Source: Antedon mediterranea
Taxonomy: Eukaryota; Animalia; Echinodermata
Direction of reading: 5' to 3'
Length of the DNA: 64,000 nt
Assembly (NCBI RefSeq): GCF_964355755.1
Contig: NC_092674.1
Location: forward strand, 10,106,001 to 10,170,000
In this document: positions 1 through 13,247 of the stretch, in pieces
Position numbering within the stretch: position 1 is the stretch's first letter
Layout: every line of letters begins with the position of its first letter
Program-made: the position numbers and the translations under genes
Notes under the pieces: model-generated
Told to the model about the DNA's origin: nothing
Databases searched by the model: none
Seen by the model: only the letters and a program-made list of their open reading frames with translations

Positions 1-152
1 CCTCAATCTGCTTCTCTTACCCTCAATCTGCTTCTCTTACCCTCAATCTGCTTCTCTTACCCTCAATCTGCTTCTCTTACCCTCAATCTGCTTCTCTTAC
101 CCTCAATCTGCTTCTCTTACCCTCAATCTGCTTCTCTTACCGTCAATCTGCT
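1..152. repeat. 20-bp minisatellite (CCTCAATCTGCTTCTCTTAC)n, truncated by the window start
   Basis: About 7.5 near-perfect copies read directly. Confidence 0.97.
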
Positions 153-585
153 TAGACTAAGTAAAAAAATACAAATTAATTTATTAATATTATCCATTTA
201 TCTATTAATAACATCGGATGACCTATGAACCCGTCATCCTTTAGCATTCCCTAAATTCCGTTCACATGAACGTGATCTCCTTCAGTAAATGTTGTTTCCT
301 AATTTATACAGTTGAACCAATATTAACCACAAACAAGTGCTGGAGATTCCTAATCCGCCACAAAATGATTACAGTATATGAATGACCACATCCTTAAGAA
401 ATAAATTTGTTTAGTGCGTGTCCAACAGTTGCATAAATGAAAGAATTGTTACATGGCGTCAGACTGAACATAATAGTACAGTAATACAATAACAATGTAG
501 ACTATTGCTACATCAGTAAATAAACATTCTTCAATTCAATTTTAACCACAATCCTATATGGATAATTTAGCAAAAAGTACCTTTA

Positions 586-3472
586 GGGCCTGTTTCTGCT
601 GAGCAGAAATAATCGATTATTAACCGTTTATTTTTTTAATCGATTATTTTTGGGCAGCAGAAACGGCGCAAAATAAAATAACCGATTAAAAATAACCGAT
701 TAAAAACACTCAATCCATTGCGTGTTTTAATCGATTATTTCTTGTTTTAACCGATTATTGCGGAGCAGTTTTGAGCTGCAACACAAATAGCGATTATTGA
801 CCTCACTTTGACCTCTAGAGTATTCACGTCACAAAGCATGCTGTTTATTTGTGCGATATCGACAACGATCAGCAAAACCACGATTGCGATGTAGACCGAA
901 TAAAAATCAAATGTTAAACATTTGATTTTTATTATTTTGTGGGGGAGAATTATACCAAGAGACTCCAGGATTCTGTGTTACAAGTACACCTGTTACATAC
1001 CACCAGTCCAGGCTAACGATGTTTTACATGTCATTTTTTAGGCCTGTTGTCTGTTGACTTGTTTCGGTAGAAATATATAGCCCATAGGCCTAGCAGGCCG
1101 AAGGTAGACTTCGAACTTTTTTCGCCGACGTGTCCTTATTAATATAACATCATTCAGTGTTCTCCCCAGGATTCACATCAAGCGTCACGGTTGACCCCCC
1201 CCCCCCTCGGGGGGGGGGGGGGCATTGGGGCACTAAGTACTTGAGCCACAGCCCCACCATGGTTGGGGCTGTGGCGAAGCGATTTTTGGTAATTTACACC
1301 CTAGATGGCCGGAAATGGTACTCTCGCCCACATAACATTTATGTTGAATGACGCCTCTTGTTTGGCCGGAAATAACACTTATAGCGCGCTAGCAAACAAC
1401 AAAACGATCGTAGCCAACTTTTTCAGCCGGTAAACATACGCGAAGAAACATTTTTTTGCATTAATTACGAACGTCAGGGGGAAGCCCCAATGAAAAAAAT
1501 AGGCCTAATCTATTAGCCTACTCATCAGTAGGACAACTCTAGTTGGCCGGAAACGAAACTTTATAGCGCACTAGCAAACAGTAAAACCATCGTAGCACAC
1601 TTTTTCCGCCAGTAAACATACGCGATAAAAAAATGTTTTTGCGTTCAATACGAACGTCAAGGGGAATTCCCCGATGAAATAAAACTAGGCCTACTCATGA
1701 GTAGGACAACTCTGTAGTTGGCCGGAAAGACACTTCATAGCGCGCTAGCAAACCGCACGATCGTAGCCTGCTTTTTCCGCCGGCCGGTAAACATACGCGA
1801 TAAGAAACATTTTTTGCGTTCATTACGAACGTCAAGGGGATTTCCCCGATGAAATAAAAAAATGCTACTCATCAGTAGGACAACTCTGTAGTTGGCCGGA
1901 AAGGACACTTCATAGCGCGCTAGCAAACAGCCCGATTGAGCCTACTTTTCCGCAGGTAAACATACTGTACGCGATATATGAAAAAAAAAATATGCCTACT
2001 CATCAGTAGTCAACTGTAGTTAGCCGGAAACGACACCTCATAGCGCGTTAGCAAACATTAAAACGATCGTAGCCTACTTTTTTTTTTCGCCGGCGGGTAA
2101 ACATATGCGATAAAAAACATTTTTTGCGTTCAAATACAAACATCGGGGGCAAGTCCCGATGAAATAAAACTAGGCCTACTCATTAGCATGGAGTAAAGAA
2201 CTTTACTCCATGTCATTAGTAAGACACCTCTAGTTGCCCGGAAATAAGACTTCATAGCGCACTAGGAAATAGGAAAACGATTCGAAAGAGAGACATGGCA
2301 GTAACAAAACACGTGCTTACATCTCTCGGCGGCGGCCGCCGGTGAAAGCACCATGTGACATACAGTATCGCAGTACTGATATCACAATACCATGTGATAT
2401 CCCTTGTCACTCGACTTTCTCACGAAGTAGGGCCTAAAACATTCTAGCACCGATGTACAAATACACTTAACTTAAGGTACATTAAATGTACCTTAAGTTA
2501 AGTGAAATAAGACTTTAGCGCACTAGCAAATAGGAAAACGATCGTAGCCTTCTTGAATGTATTATACGATCAAAGCAGCTAGCATTGAATTGCGCCTAGA
2601 AATCATTTGATGACGTGCGTATGTTACCGACGAAAGAGTAAATCCCACCGATAGAGTCGATTAATTCAGTGTGATATTGAAAATAATAATATCATCGATA
2701 TTTATTTTTAATACACATAACATTTTTAGAAGAAAAACAATACAATCAATCATTTACTTTATTTACAATATACAAGTTACTACATTTTAGACAACAGCCA
2801 AATAACTAGAGATCGAAAGAGAGACATGGCAGTAACAAAACACGTGTTTACATCTCTCGGCGGCGGCCGGTGAAAGCGAGTCTCAGTTGTTTAACACTTT
2901 GTTACGCAGTCTTTTGTTTTTCGTCTAGTGGTCATGTCACGTGTCTCGTGTATGCATTAGGCTCTTTATGCATGCCGCGCCTCAGCTCTAGAGAAAGTAC
3001 CGTACCTGCCTGTTAATCTATTTTTAGATTGTTGTGGTTGATATTTTTAAGCGTCACGGATAAGGTTTTAAGCGTCACGGCCGACCGTAAAGCGTCACGG
3101 TAGAGAACCCAAGCGTCACGGTACCGTGACGCTTCAAAGGCCTGGGGAGAACACTGCATCATTATTCTGTTGTATGTGGTACGGTAGTAGGCCTAGATGT
3201 TTATTTTAGAAATAATATAGCTTTACGTAAGAGTAATTTTTAATCCTACATGTGAGAGTTTTAGGCAGCGATAGGATGTAAACAAACCAACTCTCATCGG
3301 CCTTTCATAACTTGAACTGCGCTGTGGGGGAATGATGACGTGATTTTAAAAACCGATTACCTGAATAACCGATTAAAGTCGTAGCAATTTTCAATTGCAA
3401 CGCGATTATTTTTGTGGTTTGCGGTGACTGAAAAAAATCGATTATTTTGATTTTTTCAGCAGAAACAGACCC
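586..3472. mobile_element. Non-autonomous PIF/Harbinger-type DNA transposon carrying a nested hAT-like element
   Basis: TIR GGGCCTGTTTCTGCTGA at 586 vs TCAGCAGAAACAGACCC ending at 3472; TTA TSD at 583-585 and 3473-3475; subterminal AATCGATT/AACCGATT repeats at both ends. Confidence 0.85.
1155..3156. mobile_element. Non-autonomous hAT-like element with internal ~175-bp tandem repeats
   Basis: Perfect 16-bp TIR CAGTGTTCTCCCCAGG / CCTGGGGAGAACACTG; CATCATT direct repeat on both flanks; subterminal AAGCGTCACGG repeats; internal units marked by TTGGCCGGAAA (1360-2270). Confidence 0.82.
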
Positions 3473-4699
3473 TTAGAGAATTATTGTAGCTACGACACTG
3501 TTGGAAAAACCATCCAGGACCATGTAAAATTAACTGTTATTTCATTTACTCTTTAGCAAGCTTTTTTTTAACTAATCATGTACACTTTATTGTAGATACA
3601 GCATCACATTTTAGAACAAAATATTTAAAACCATATGCAGTAAGCAAATGTGGTTACTGCAGTTACAAATGTGGTTACTGCAGTAGAATAATTTTTACAT
3701 GGTCCAGGCTTATTTATAAGTTGGAAGATGGAAAGAAGATTTATTACTTTTAAAGAAATTATGAATAACAATTTGTGACCTAAAAAAATTTTCTCCATTA
3801 TAACTATATAACTTTCAGAATGATGAATATTTTTAATATATTTAGATAGATTAATGTTTGTATACATTTTTGCTGTTGATGGAAGAATGTTATTATTATT
3901 ATTATTATTTATTCAGGCAAAAGATACATTTTACAAAATGTAATACAAATCAGCAAATTAAACAAAAACAACGCAAAAGAAAATATAAAATCATAGTCAC
4001 TAGCTGCCAGTAAAGCACAAAAGCAGCCTAAGCCACTGTCACCCATTAGGTGTGTACCTCCAACCAGTGATAAATTATTACAAATAATATATATAATATA
4101 GATGATGATAAAGTTAATATTTAAAAGAATAACTCAATTATATTAAGCCTATAGTTTATATATGTAAATGCTAAATTCAATTATAAATAAACAACTATAA
4201 AATAAAATTATTTTTAATTTACGTTAAAATATGTTAATAATAAATTAAGTACAAAGTACTTCATGTTAAATTATTCTTCTTCCTTATAATTTTTAATTGC
4301 AAAATTAAGACATAAAACATTAAATAAATGGAATATTAGCATAAATGCCCCAGCAAGTATAGTAAACAAACGAAAATAAAGATTTCTTTAAACTTAATTG
4401 ACACTTACCAACTTTAACCCATAAACAAATTTATGATTCTTGCAGGTACAGTACTTCATGATAAATCATGACTGGTTTAATTACAATAAAGAAAATATTA
4501 TTTGTTGATTTTATTTCTATTACATCAGTGACTATAGTGACTAATATACTCATAATCACAATGGGTGCTTATAAACAATAGTGTATACAATACTCAAATT
4601 TATGAAAATGAAATAGTTTTAATAATAAGCCAACAGGAACTGTAATTACAATAAAGACATTCACAAACTTTCCATACAGAATACAAATCAAGGAATTGA

Positions 4700-4735
4700 A
4701 TGAGTTTCCTGGATTCGTGGTCGGTGTTCCGTAAG
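4700..4735 (+). CDS. Weak candidate alternative first coding exon of the ARHGAP6-like gene (MSFLDSWSVFRK)
   Basis: ATG, 12 codons, AAG|GTAGGT donor in phase 0, compatible with exon 24615; no homology support. Confidence 0.25.
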
Positions 4736-5137
4736 GTAGGTGAGTATTAGAGAATCAGTTTAATACCATCTGGTACAGAACATGTAGTGAAGGTTCAATA
4801 ATTGTGAATAAAAGCAAAGGAATTGGTGTTTGGTGAGGCGTTACATCAATAGTCTATGATATTCAATTGTGGATGTAGCTGATATTTGTGTGTTTAGCCA
4901 AGTACAGTATATTGTTCAATACACATGTAGAAAGAAAAACTTGCACTTATAAAACAGTATAGGAATGTGTGAAGTGACCATTCGGATATATATTTATATA
5001 TACCTTTTAACTTTTGGATATACACAACTTTTGTTAAATCAAAATGATATTGATATTAAGCAGTAGTTGATTTGTAAAGGAATATACACTTCATTTTTGT
5101 TTTGGAATTTACCTAAAACTACTTGGAATTCAGCGGC

Positions 5138-5182
5138 ATGAGTGCCTTTATGTTCCCATGGATCCAGTACCCCATGGAGGAG
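5138..5182 (+). CDS. ARHGAP6: Candidate alternative first coding exon A (MSAFMFPWIQYPMEE)
   Basis: ATG...GAG|GTAAGA strong phase-0 donor; peptide similar to that of exon 9956-10015. Confidence 0.65.
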
Positions 5183-5263
5183 GTAAGACAGATAGTTCTT
5201 TTGCTTTTATTAAACTTCAAATCAAATTTATTTCATTTTATAATGGATTTGTGTTAAAATCCA

Positions 5264-5568
5264 GCCTACTAGATCTCTTAGATCAGGTGGCCAATGTCTG
5301 ATAGTTCCTAAGACTAAAACATCTACATATGGTGAAAGAACTTTTGCTGTGGCAGCTCCAACTCTGTGGAATTCCCTACCAATTTCAATCAGTAGTAGCA
5401 GTGTAGTACTCTTTAAAGACCCAGTTAGTGTCTTTCCTTTTTGAACAAGTTTTTCATTAATTTAATTTAACTTATTGCCGTCTTACTTCTCGTCTATTTC
5501 AATTTATGTACAACACATTGAGAGCTTGCTTATATGCGCTATATAAGAATGAACTATTATTATTATTT
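5264..5568 (+). mobile_element. 3' fragment of an L2-clade LINE
   Basis: Encodes YGERTFAVAAPTLWNSLP (ORF2 C-terminus); ends GCGCTATATAAGAATGAAC(TAT)n; resembles the LINE end at 43498-45600. Confidence 0.8.
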
Positions 5569-8160
5569 TAAAAAGTACTGTATTTAGGCATACCTCAAAG
5601 TCTACATCTAGCAGAAGAGCTTGGGTGATGTTTGGGTACATTGATATTTCCGAAGTATTGACAGTGAAAAGTATTAGTATAGTGTGGTTACAATATTGTA
5701 TTGTGTAAACAGTACTGTACATGAAATATGATCGTACTGTGCAAATATAAGGTTCGATACTCTTTCAAAATAATAGATGTTTTACATAGTAGAGAACACA
5801 TGATGTTTTATTCTGTAGTGTTGATATTGCTTTACCATGTTGAATAATTTGACACAAATATGCCAACTCCTACATTTGAGGCTAGAGATCCCGAAATTTT
5901 GTTATTTGAATATTTTTTTGACCCAATAATTGTAGATAAATAAAAAGTGCTAGTTACAGACTTTGCCATGACATTTCAAACAAAAAGAAAAAATATTGGG
6001 AACATTAAGGGCCCTGGCCCGGGAAAATTGTTAAAATATGTTATATAGTAAACATTTACATGTTACCATGGGTAGAATTTTTCCTTTAATTTTGTTATTA
6101 AGACTTTGCATTGATTTATTGTCTACAGACAATAAATTAAAAAAAATAAAGTAAATAGTATCTATTGTCTTTCGTATTCAGAAAAATAGTTATTAAGTCC
6201 ACCCAAAATTCATTCTGTTTTTACACACACAAATCAAAGATTTGACTAAAAAATTCATTTGTAAACTACATACAATTTTGTATCTAAAGTTAATTTTATC
6301 AACTTTACAGGTAGAGAACTTTCTGTGTAATGTTTTCTAGGTATTTGTATGTTTACTGGTATGGTAGCTAAGCCATAGATTGTTTCCTTGTTGTTTATGA
6401 AAAAGGCAAACTACCTTCATTTGTTGAACTTTAAAATCCTGCTTGTTGTGATTTTAATGAAATAATACTACCTATATAATAACTTGATAATCTGTTTACA
6501 ATACAAAGCTATTAGGGTGAAAGCAACAAATATTCTCTAGTTTTTGCAGAGGAAATCTATACTGTCCTACTACAATAGGAATAAAGTCAAAAGATTACTA
6601 TCATAAAAGATTGTATAAGGAAAAAACCACAGTGTTGGCTGAGGAATCAGATTTTATAAAGGCTAAGATTTTATAATAGGGTGAAAACAACTTTTATAGA
6701 TAAGCTAGGAATTGTGTGAAGTTCATACGACAGATCAAGGTTAGGTTGAAGATTGTCAATATGTAAAAGGTATAGCGCAACAATTTTGATTTGATTTTGT
6801 TTTTAATTTGTTTGGAGGTATATTAATGTTTGTAATGTTTTTTTTAAAAAGGGGCTTCATCTCTTTCATCACATATTTTAATGGCATACCGGTATGCAAA
6901 TATGTCGCACCAACTTAAGCCTGTTTTCCAGTCGACGTTGAGTTGTGGCGAGTTGCGTTGATTTTACCAAATTCAATGATTTGACAGGGAAAGGGCATAA
7001 CAATGTTTAAATTATTGGCAGTCCGGCTCGATCATCATCAATATTTATTCTCAATTTTAACGTAATTCAACTTCAATTGGAACACATTGGTCATAAGTAT
7101 ATGACAGCCTAGATTATCCCATACAGTGCTAATGTAAGCCTGATACTTTTGCATTCACATATTACAGATTTTTGGAAATATAAACAGAATAAAAAGAATA
7201 TCACCAGATTTTCATTTCAGTATTAATTTTGTGGGGGGAAAAAACGTGTTTGTGTATAAAATTGATCTAATTTTTACTACATATACAAACATGGTGGAAA
7301 TAAAAAAAATCCCATATTTAATGGTGGATCACTGCTTCTGTATCCGTCACTATAAATGTTGTTTTTGCTCTGTTTGTCTTCTGTAAACTAATCAAACAAC
7401 AGAAGATAATAGCTACATATTGATTAAAAAGTAATCAAAACAAGAAATCATGTTTGTCACTAAGGACATTAAAAGTCATGTTTTTGTAATCATATAAACA
7501 CATTGGTGTAGTGCACATCAAGCATGAATGTATGTTCTTAATGTTGAGCTGACGATTGACATTGTAAACCCTATAATCCTCTAGTCTATACGGACACAGA
7601 CAGACACGCATAAAGATTTGTATAGTATAGTTTTATTTAAAGTGGTTCTCTGGTTGAAAACCTTAAATAGAGGCTGGACATAGTTTTAAAGCATTGTTCG
7701 TTTTCACACTGGAAGTGTCTCCTTGATAGGGGTATCCCTTGAATAATGGTTGGTCATAGTGTTAAAACAGAAAATGACTCATCAAGAAATGTCCAATGAA
7801 TAGGGGTTGGTTATAGCGTTAAAAACTATATTACCCATCATTTGTGTGTCTCGAATGAAGGATTCTATACATTATACTATATAATATTTTAATGTTGAAT
7901 GTAAGGCTTTTATTTTTTTCCAACCAGCTCACTAATTTTTCTCAAAACAAAAAAGATTTACCCAGTACACTTTTTTTTAATAAACAAAAACTTTCATCCA
8001 CTCTTTCAGCAATTTTAAAATTTTAATCTTTTTTTATAATAAGCAAATTAAAGGATCTAGAATAAATGAAAATTCAAAGAAATTTGTCTTCACAGATTTT
8101 TTTTTCAATGTTTTATTGAAAGTTAATTACGAAAAAGGATTTGCCATAACATAATGTCTC

Positions 8161-8229
8161 GTTGCTATGGATACCGTACCACTCAACGGTCTCTGATTAT
8201 GGCACGGTCAAACGCAAATGTAAACAAAA
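8161..8229 (+). promoter_or_regulatory. RFX X-box-like site plus Forkhead site
   Basis: GTTGCTATGGATAC at 8161-8174; TGTAAACAAA near 8219. Confidence 0.35.
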
Positions 8230-9955
8230 CCAGAACTTTTTAAAAATATTTTTTTGATGTCAAAGACAAGCATAAAATTGAGAGATAAAATCAAATTTGA
8301 CTTCTTACTGTAAAATGTTCATACATCGATGTGGATTGTTGAGAGAAGTAGCTAGAGATATCTGGCCCTGTGATATATTATTTTGATTTGAATTTCTGTA
8401 AATCATCAGTTTTTATTTTTATTTATTTAGATTTTGATTTAGCTTTTTCACATATTTTATTTGTATGTTCATAGATTCAGCCACTGATACCGACAGCATT
8501 GTCATTTTTTCTGTAATTTCTATAGGATTTAACAATGTTGCATTATTTATATCTTACTACATTACTAATTTATACAACTGAATATTATTAGATTTGCTTT
8601 TCATTCTCAAGTTTTGATTTCAATTTTCATTCCCTTTAAAAAAAACCTTACGATGATGGCCAGTATAATACATGAATCAATTTACAAAAGCTTACGGATC
8701 ATCGATGAAGTTTAGTTGAGGAGACATGATGACCAACGTAATGATTCTTCAATGTCATAGCTACAGTACTTGCATTGATAGTTAATAGTCGTTCAGTTAA
8801 ATCACCATTTATTCATTCATTATATTCTTCCTGTAAGATATCAAATGCTTAGGCTAACTGATACAGTATTAGTTAAAATTTTTCTTTTAAATTGATATCA
8901 ACTAGAGCATTCCCTGGGGTTAAATACATCTCTATTTTAAATATTATAATGTGAAAAAAGTTGTTAAAGAAATTTAATAGTCAATAGAAAAAATTCGTCC
9001 CCACAAAAAAAGACAGCAAAAACAATTATAAACCCGGCCTAATTTATTTCTATCTTGAACCACAAGAAAACATTTATTTAGGATTCTATGGAAAAAGCTT
9101 TAAATTTTTAGGTCTAGCTATATGGTTAACAAAACCGACTTTAGTTTACATGCATGCTCCACATGTTTAGAAGTTAAGGTCAACCTGGATGTTACGGATT
9201 ATCCCATGTTTTACATGCAGCTTTTGGTACCATACCATATGTAAAACGTAGGTCCTACTGTACTACGGGATGTTACTCAAGCGGTTCAAGATCGAAAAGT
9301 GTGATTGGGTGGTGGGGGAGGAGGATGTGAGATGGAGATGGAGGGTGTGAGATGGGGAGGGAGCACACAATCTAAAGCATTTCCAACACCATTGATTCAG
9401 TTTTCCCCAGTGTTTAACAAGCTTGTTGACTAGTTTGTTAATGAACCATATTATATAAACATTAAACCTTTCTTTCAACCTAAGGGCATAAAATTCCAAT
9501 TTATGTAGAATTAGTTAGCTATTCTTAAATTTGATGCAAATTCCCTCGAGATATATTACAAATTGATAAGAAGCAGAAAAATCCTCCCACTCAGTTGTGA
9601 GTCCTTTATATGAGATGGAAGGAAAATTTGACCTTTATAAGACATTTGGGACAGCGTTGTGTTTCAGAGCTTAGAGGATCGCTGAAAAGAATGTGTTTAA
9701 CTGTTTACATTATCTCATATATTAGTTGATTTTATAAGAGTTGATGAACAGACTATGCATCCGTGTGCCCTGAAAGTGCAACAGATAAATGTGGTTTATG
9801 GCAAACTTTAAAATGCTATTGTGGTGGACTTTGTAGTGTCATCTTACGCTTGTGGCTAATTTAACAACTGATTAAATACATGTAAATTTCCTAGTGTATC
9901 AGTTGGTTTTTAGTATAGCCTGTTGCAAGTTCATCAGTCTAGGAGATATTTAGAA

Positions 9956-10015
9956 ATGAAGAGATTTCAAAACAGCACAATGTTTCCTTGGGTTTGGTAC
10001 CCTAATGAAGAAGAG
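9956..10015 (+). CDS. ARHGAP6: Candidate alternative first coding exon B (MKRFQNSTMFPWVWYPNEEE)
   Basis: AAAATG-like start context (GAAATG); consensus GAG|GTAAGT phase-0 donor; similar to exon A; ATTGG box and G/purine-rich tract at 9304-9365 upstream. Confidence 0.7.
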
Positions 10016-10907
10016 GTAAGTTTGTCTTTAATGATTATCATTAAACCGTTCATTCACATGTACAGCTAAAATTCTAGCCTGGCGCAATCATTTATGACTT
10101 TTGTGCAGGAATGTAAAGTCCTGAGTAAAATGTTTTCTCAGCTTGTGTTCAAGCAATATACATCCCTTGGGCTAGAAGGCCTTTAGATTCTGTCTGCAAT
10201 GGTTTCTAGTATAAAAATGTCGTTTGTATTTAATACAGTATAGGAATACTTGCATTTATGCGTTAGATTTAGTGTTTATCTCGTTCTTGTCTATATATAT
10301 ATTTTTAATTAGTTTTATGTCTTGAGATTTAATTTCTTCTTCAGGGGCTGTACTGTATTTAATAGCAATGTTATGCAAACTTGAGAATCATAGAAGTCTA
10401 GTCTCCATTTAGACATCTCGATAACGACATTTAATAATGGAAAATCTAATGGGTTTTTTACTGAATATATATTTTTTTAAACAAGAAATAAAAATAGTCA
10501 ATATATAGTAATAGCAAATATTTGACGAGGGAGGAGATGTGAAACTAACATTTTTGTCTAAATTGGCCTATTTTTACTAAATAGTATCATGATTAACAGT
10601 AACTCTTACTTCTAATTTAATGCTGATTAAGATCATCAGATCTGTAAAAAAAATCTGGTTCATTACTGTATATACAGCACTTTAATTCATAGTCAGTGGT
10701 GGGAGGTTGTGTAAGAATATTATAGTTTTAATAAGCATATTTAAATTAATCTAAGAAGATATCTTCTGACACCAAGGGTTCTTTCCCTATATTTATGGAA
10801 TGTACTCTTTTTATTATTGCAGGTTTCAGATTACATCAATGTTATACCAAAAAAACACTAAAATTACCATCTGTATTATATGTTGTTATAGTATGTTGTA
10901 AAATACG

Positions 10908-10914
10908 TACATAC

Positions 10915-10967
<53 letters not shown>

Positions 10968-10990
10968 CATATATATATATATACATATAA
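10908..10990. repeat. (TA)n/(TACA)n microsatellite
   Basis: Read directly. Confidence 0.95.
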
Positions 10991-13247
10991 TGTAATATGT
11001 AATGTCATTTTTATGCTGTATATAATTATATGTTTGCATGTAACCTCATCATGCATTTATATAATGCCCTTTTAAACCCTTCAAAATCAGTAAATCTTCA
11101 GCCTACTAATCCTTCAATGGCGTTAACTGCTGTAGATAAAAAATATATACAGTAAATCACCACCTAAACCTAATCTTAACATGTATTAAGTTTGGAAAGT
11201 GTGCCATTCCTATCAGCTAGGATACGGTATTGCTAAAAAATATGCACGTCTGTCCCTCCATATTTGGAATGATGACTCTGTACTGACATTTTAATTGTGA
11301 ATTTCAAAGTATAAACCAATAATATCCAAGTATATTTTAAAATTGTAGATTTTGCCAGCCCACATTCCATTTTGGTGAATATACGAAATTTATATAGTGT
11401 TCTAGGTTTACACTTTTGTGTAGCTAAATGAGGCTAGAATTGTAGCTAGGATGTTAGAATATGGGGTGTAGAATAAGAGGAAGGAGAAATCGGTTTTTCT
11501 CCTACACTTTTCTTCACTTTTTCCCATTCTAAATCAAAGGAAGATGAAATGTGGAATTGTCCTGATTAATAGAATGGGTTCAGTCAAAACCATAGTCTGG
11601 TATTAATTACAATGCTTTACAGTCAACTAAAAGTGAAGTTGAGATATATTTCCACTCTATAGTTTTGTAGCAATGGAAATCTACTATAAAGAATATTTTG
11701 TTAGAATTTAACCAACAACAATATGACTATATAAATCTTACAACATTTTTTGAAAAAGTGTTTTGCTGAATCAATACACCCCTTCACCCATTTATAATGG
11801 GTACCACTGTATTCATGTTAAATGGATACCATTGTTTTCATGATGAATGGATACCACTGTTTTCAATTTCAACAATTTACACTTTTTGGAATAAAAAATT
11901 GAGATGCATTGCAAAGTGTACGGGTCACGTCAATGAAAAGGTTGTTTGTTGCTATCAACCATTCATGCATGACATATTGACACATGTGGTATAGGTTTCA
12001 TAGTCTTCGTTTCTTTTGAACGAGAAAACAAATTTTTTAACTTGGAAACAAAACATTCTGCTCCAAAATGGATCCGTGTAAATTCAATTCAATCAAACTT
12101 TATTATCCCAAACTGGGAAATGCATTTGCACAGCATTAGGTTCTTACTGCAGTAGGAATAAATGATTTCCTACAGTATTATAGCACTCAGTATTTATTTT
12201 TCCCATGTCCCATGATCAATAAGTTTTATCCTTCATGATATTTCTAATCTTACTTAAATAAAGTTGTTTTTTAAACAATCCAGTGATGTTACATGATTGC
12301 CTACTCACCAGCTAATGATTCTATGGAACTTCATATCACTTTCTATAAAGTATAAGAATTGGATTATAGATCAAAATTTGACTGAGTCACTGTCACTGTA
12401 TGGAGGGAAAACCCAATATGAATACCACTACTCGGTTGCATAGCAGCGTGTCTGTTAAGTGTATCAATGCAAGAATGCAATATTGTATTAAGATTTATTT
12501 ATTGTGCAATGTGCAAACATTCAAGACTTATTTATTTATTTATATATTATTTAATTAATTTTATTTCCATTAACAAGAGTATGTTATAAAAACTGTACTG
12601 TATTTAAAAAAATATATATTCTTATTATGATAATTAATTTAATTTTAGGTTATTATTTTTATATACTAATATTTTTTTATGGATATCATAAATGGGGGCT
12701 ATTGTAAAGGGTCTTTGCCCTTTTGCCATTAATTTGCAGTCACCTACTGTAGTACAGTAATGAAGTAATTGTTGTAATGGTTGTACAGTACATTGACCAA
12801 AGGACTTTTACCTCATTGCAAAACACAAACTAAATTGTTATTTTGATAAAAAACCATTTCCACTATTTATTTACTTTACTTTATTTGCAATAACAGGTTT
12901 AATTGATTTATTACGTGTATAGCCTTTTACTGTAGGATGCCATTTAACTGATAATTGCATGCATGATTCTGTTGCCAAACAAATGAACTTCCAATTTGTA
13001 TCCAAAACTGGTGCAACTACAATTATCAATACAGTAATTTCAATAGTTAAAATAGGGAGGCGCAAAAAAATAGATATCGTAAATGAGTACATAATTTCAC
13101 TTTAACTGTCAAAAGAGGAGATTGCGCATCTTTCAATGGGTAGAATGGAAAAGTTATTAGTACTATGTGAAAGTGTCTATACGGAGCCATTTCAACCCAA
13201 CAATATTTGGTAAACAAAAAGAGAAACCATTCAGCTACTCATTGCTG

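Noticed and set aside
1196-1222. C-run/G-run hairpin and the 64-aa ORF 1157-1351
   Set aside because: Low-complexity subterminal part of the hAT-like element; no protein similarity recognised
6060-6089. MLPWVEFFL* as another PW-type first exon
   Set aside because: Early stop, weak donor, no YP/EE motif
7620-7875. Decayed mariner-type MITE fragments (similar at ~15475-15607 and ~54437-54543)
   Set aside because: Too degenerate to define termini with confidence
10795-11039. Tyr/Ile-rich ORFs on both strands
   Set aside because: Translations of the TA/CA microsatellite
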